This document shows positions 34,778 to 35,331 of a stretch of DNA of 35,331 nt, one piece after another; the stretch's first letter is position 1, and each line of letters begins with the position of its first letter. Below the pieces are notes generated by a model. That model did no database searches, was not told the DNA's origin, and saw only the letters and a list, made by a program, of their open reading frames with translations. The DNA comes from a virus (lineage: Duplodnaviria > Caudoviricetes), in the IMG/VR virus record IMGVR_UViG_3300033979_000081, positions 1 to 35,331 of that record. One strand, 5' to 3'. The translations under genes were made by a program, and so were the position numbers.

Positions 34778-35331
34778 AGATAGCTCTTTGTGTTCCATGT
34801 CGGGACACGATGATGACGGGGACATCCTTCGATATGGCTCGTTTGGCGGCATATGACGGGGCCAATAGGTGCGCGTTAACAGGAGGATCGTTCCTCTTGT
34901 ACACAGCCCCAGGGACACTCATATTCAGTCAGAGAGAGTCATTAGCCAAAGAAGCCTTAGCAGATGGTGCTGAGTACATTCTTTGGGTGGACTCGGATAT
35001 GAGATTCCCCAAGAACACGTTAGAACGACTGTTAGCACACGGACAAAAGATCGTCGGGGTAAACGCAGTCACCAGACGTAAGCCAGTTTTACCAACGGCG
35101 ATTAACTTTCACCAAGATAAAGAGATCTTTGAGAAGATCGAGAGTCGAGGTAAGAAGGGTATCGAGGAGGTGACTGCTGTAGGTTTTGGGGTTGTGCTAA
35201 CCCACAAGTCTGTGTTTGAGGCTATGCCGCAACCTTGGTTTGATGTAGTATGGGGGGCGGGTGGTCTAATTGGCGAAGATGTGCATTTTTGCGTGAAAGC
35301 CCTAGATCACGGGATTAAGACTTTCGTGGAT
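34774..35331 (+). CDS. GT-A fold (GT2-like) glycosyltransferase, 221 aa, continuing to position 242
   Basis: Hand translation: MKIALCVPCRD...QRESLA..AL..GAEYILWVDSDMRFP (DxD)...VGFGVVL....VFE; missed by the ORF track because it wraps the origin. Confidence 0.82.
   Translation, partial: MKIALCVPCRDTMMTGTSFDMARLAAYDGANRCALTGGSFLLYTAPGTLIFSQRESLAKEALADGAEYILWVDSDMRFPKNTLERLLAHGQKIVGVNAVTRRKPVLPTAINFHQDKEIFEKIESRGKKGIEEVTAVGFGVVLTHKSVFEAMPQPWFDVVWGAGGLIGEDVHFCVKALDHGIKTFVD
35198..35331. repeat. Terminal direct repeat, right copy
   Basis: Matches 1-134 with a single mismatch. Confidence 0.95.

Noticed and set aside
1-35331. Alternative genetic code
   Set aside because: Hallmark genes are intact under the standard code and TAA, TAG and TGA all serve as stops

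Overview
The window looks like one complete, circularly permuted tailed-phage genome of about 35,197 bp: bases 1-134 recur at 35198-35331 with one mismatch. It is podovirus-like with a P22/lambdoid layout. A long rightward arm runs from 21137 through the end and on from 1 to 16907. It carries the replication initiator with an internal iteron origin, three glycosyltransferases, small basic proteins, an ADP-ribosyltransferase-like protein, TerS/TerL, portal, scaffold, capsid, adaptor, nozzle, four ejection-type proteins, a repeat-built tail fibre, a LamG receptor-binding protein and a lysis cassette. A short leftward arm (21077-16876) carries Sak, NinB, a YbcO-like nuclease, a YqaJ exonuclease, a mini-SSB and an HNH endonuclease. 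I see no integrase, CI/Cro pair, DNA polymerase, tRNA or CRISPR array. The strongest leads are: (1) a candidate ~50-nt trans-acting anti-Shine-Dalgarno RNA whose 5' end is exactly complementary to the RBS of the first leftward early gene, plus a c4-like structured RNA, in a genome without a repressor; (2) three soluble glycosyltransferases alongside mucin-like Ser/Thr/Pro-rich virion proteins; (3) a pre-terminase block (HiPIP-like, tiny basic and ART-like proteins) that shares a basic-GLL motif with the ejection proteins. All family assignments come from motif recognition by eye, not from database searches.
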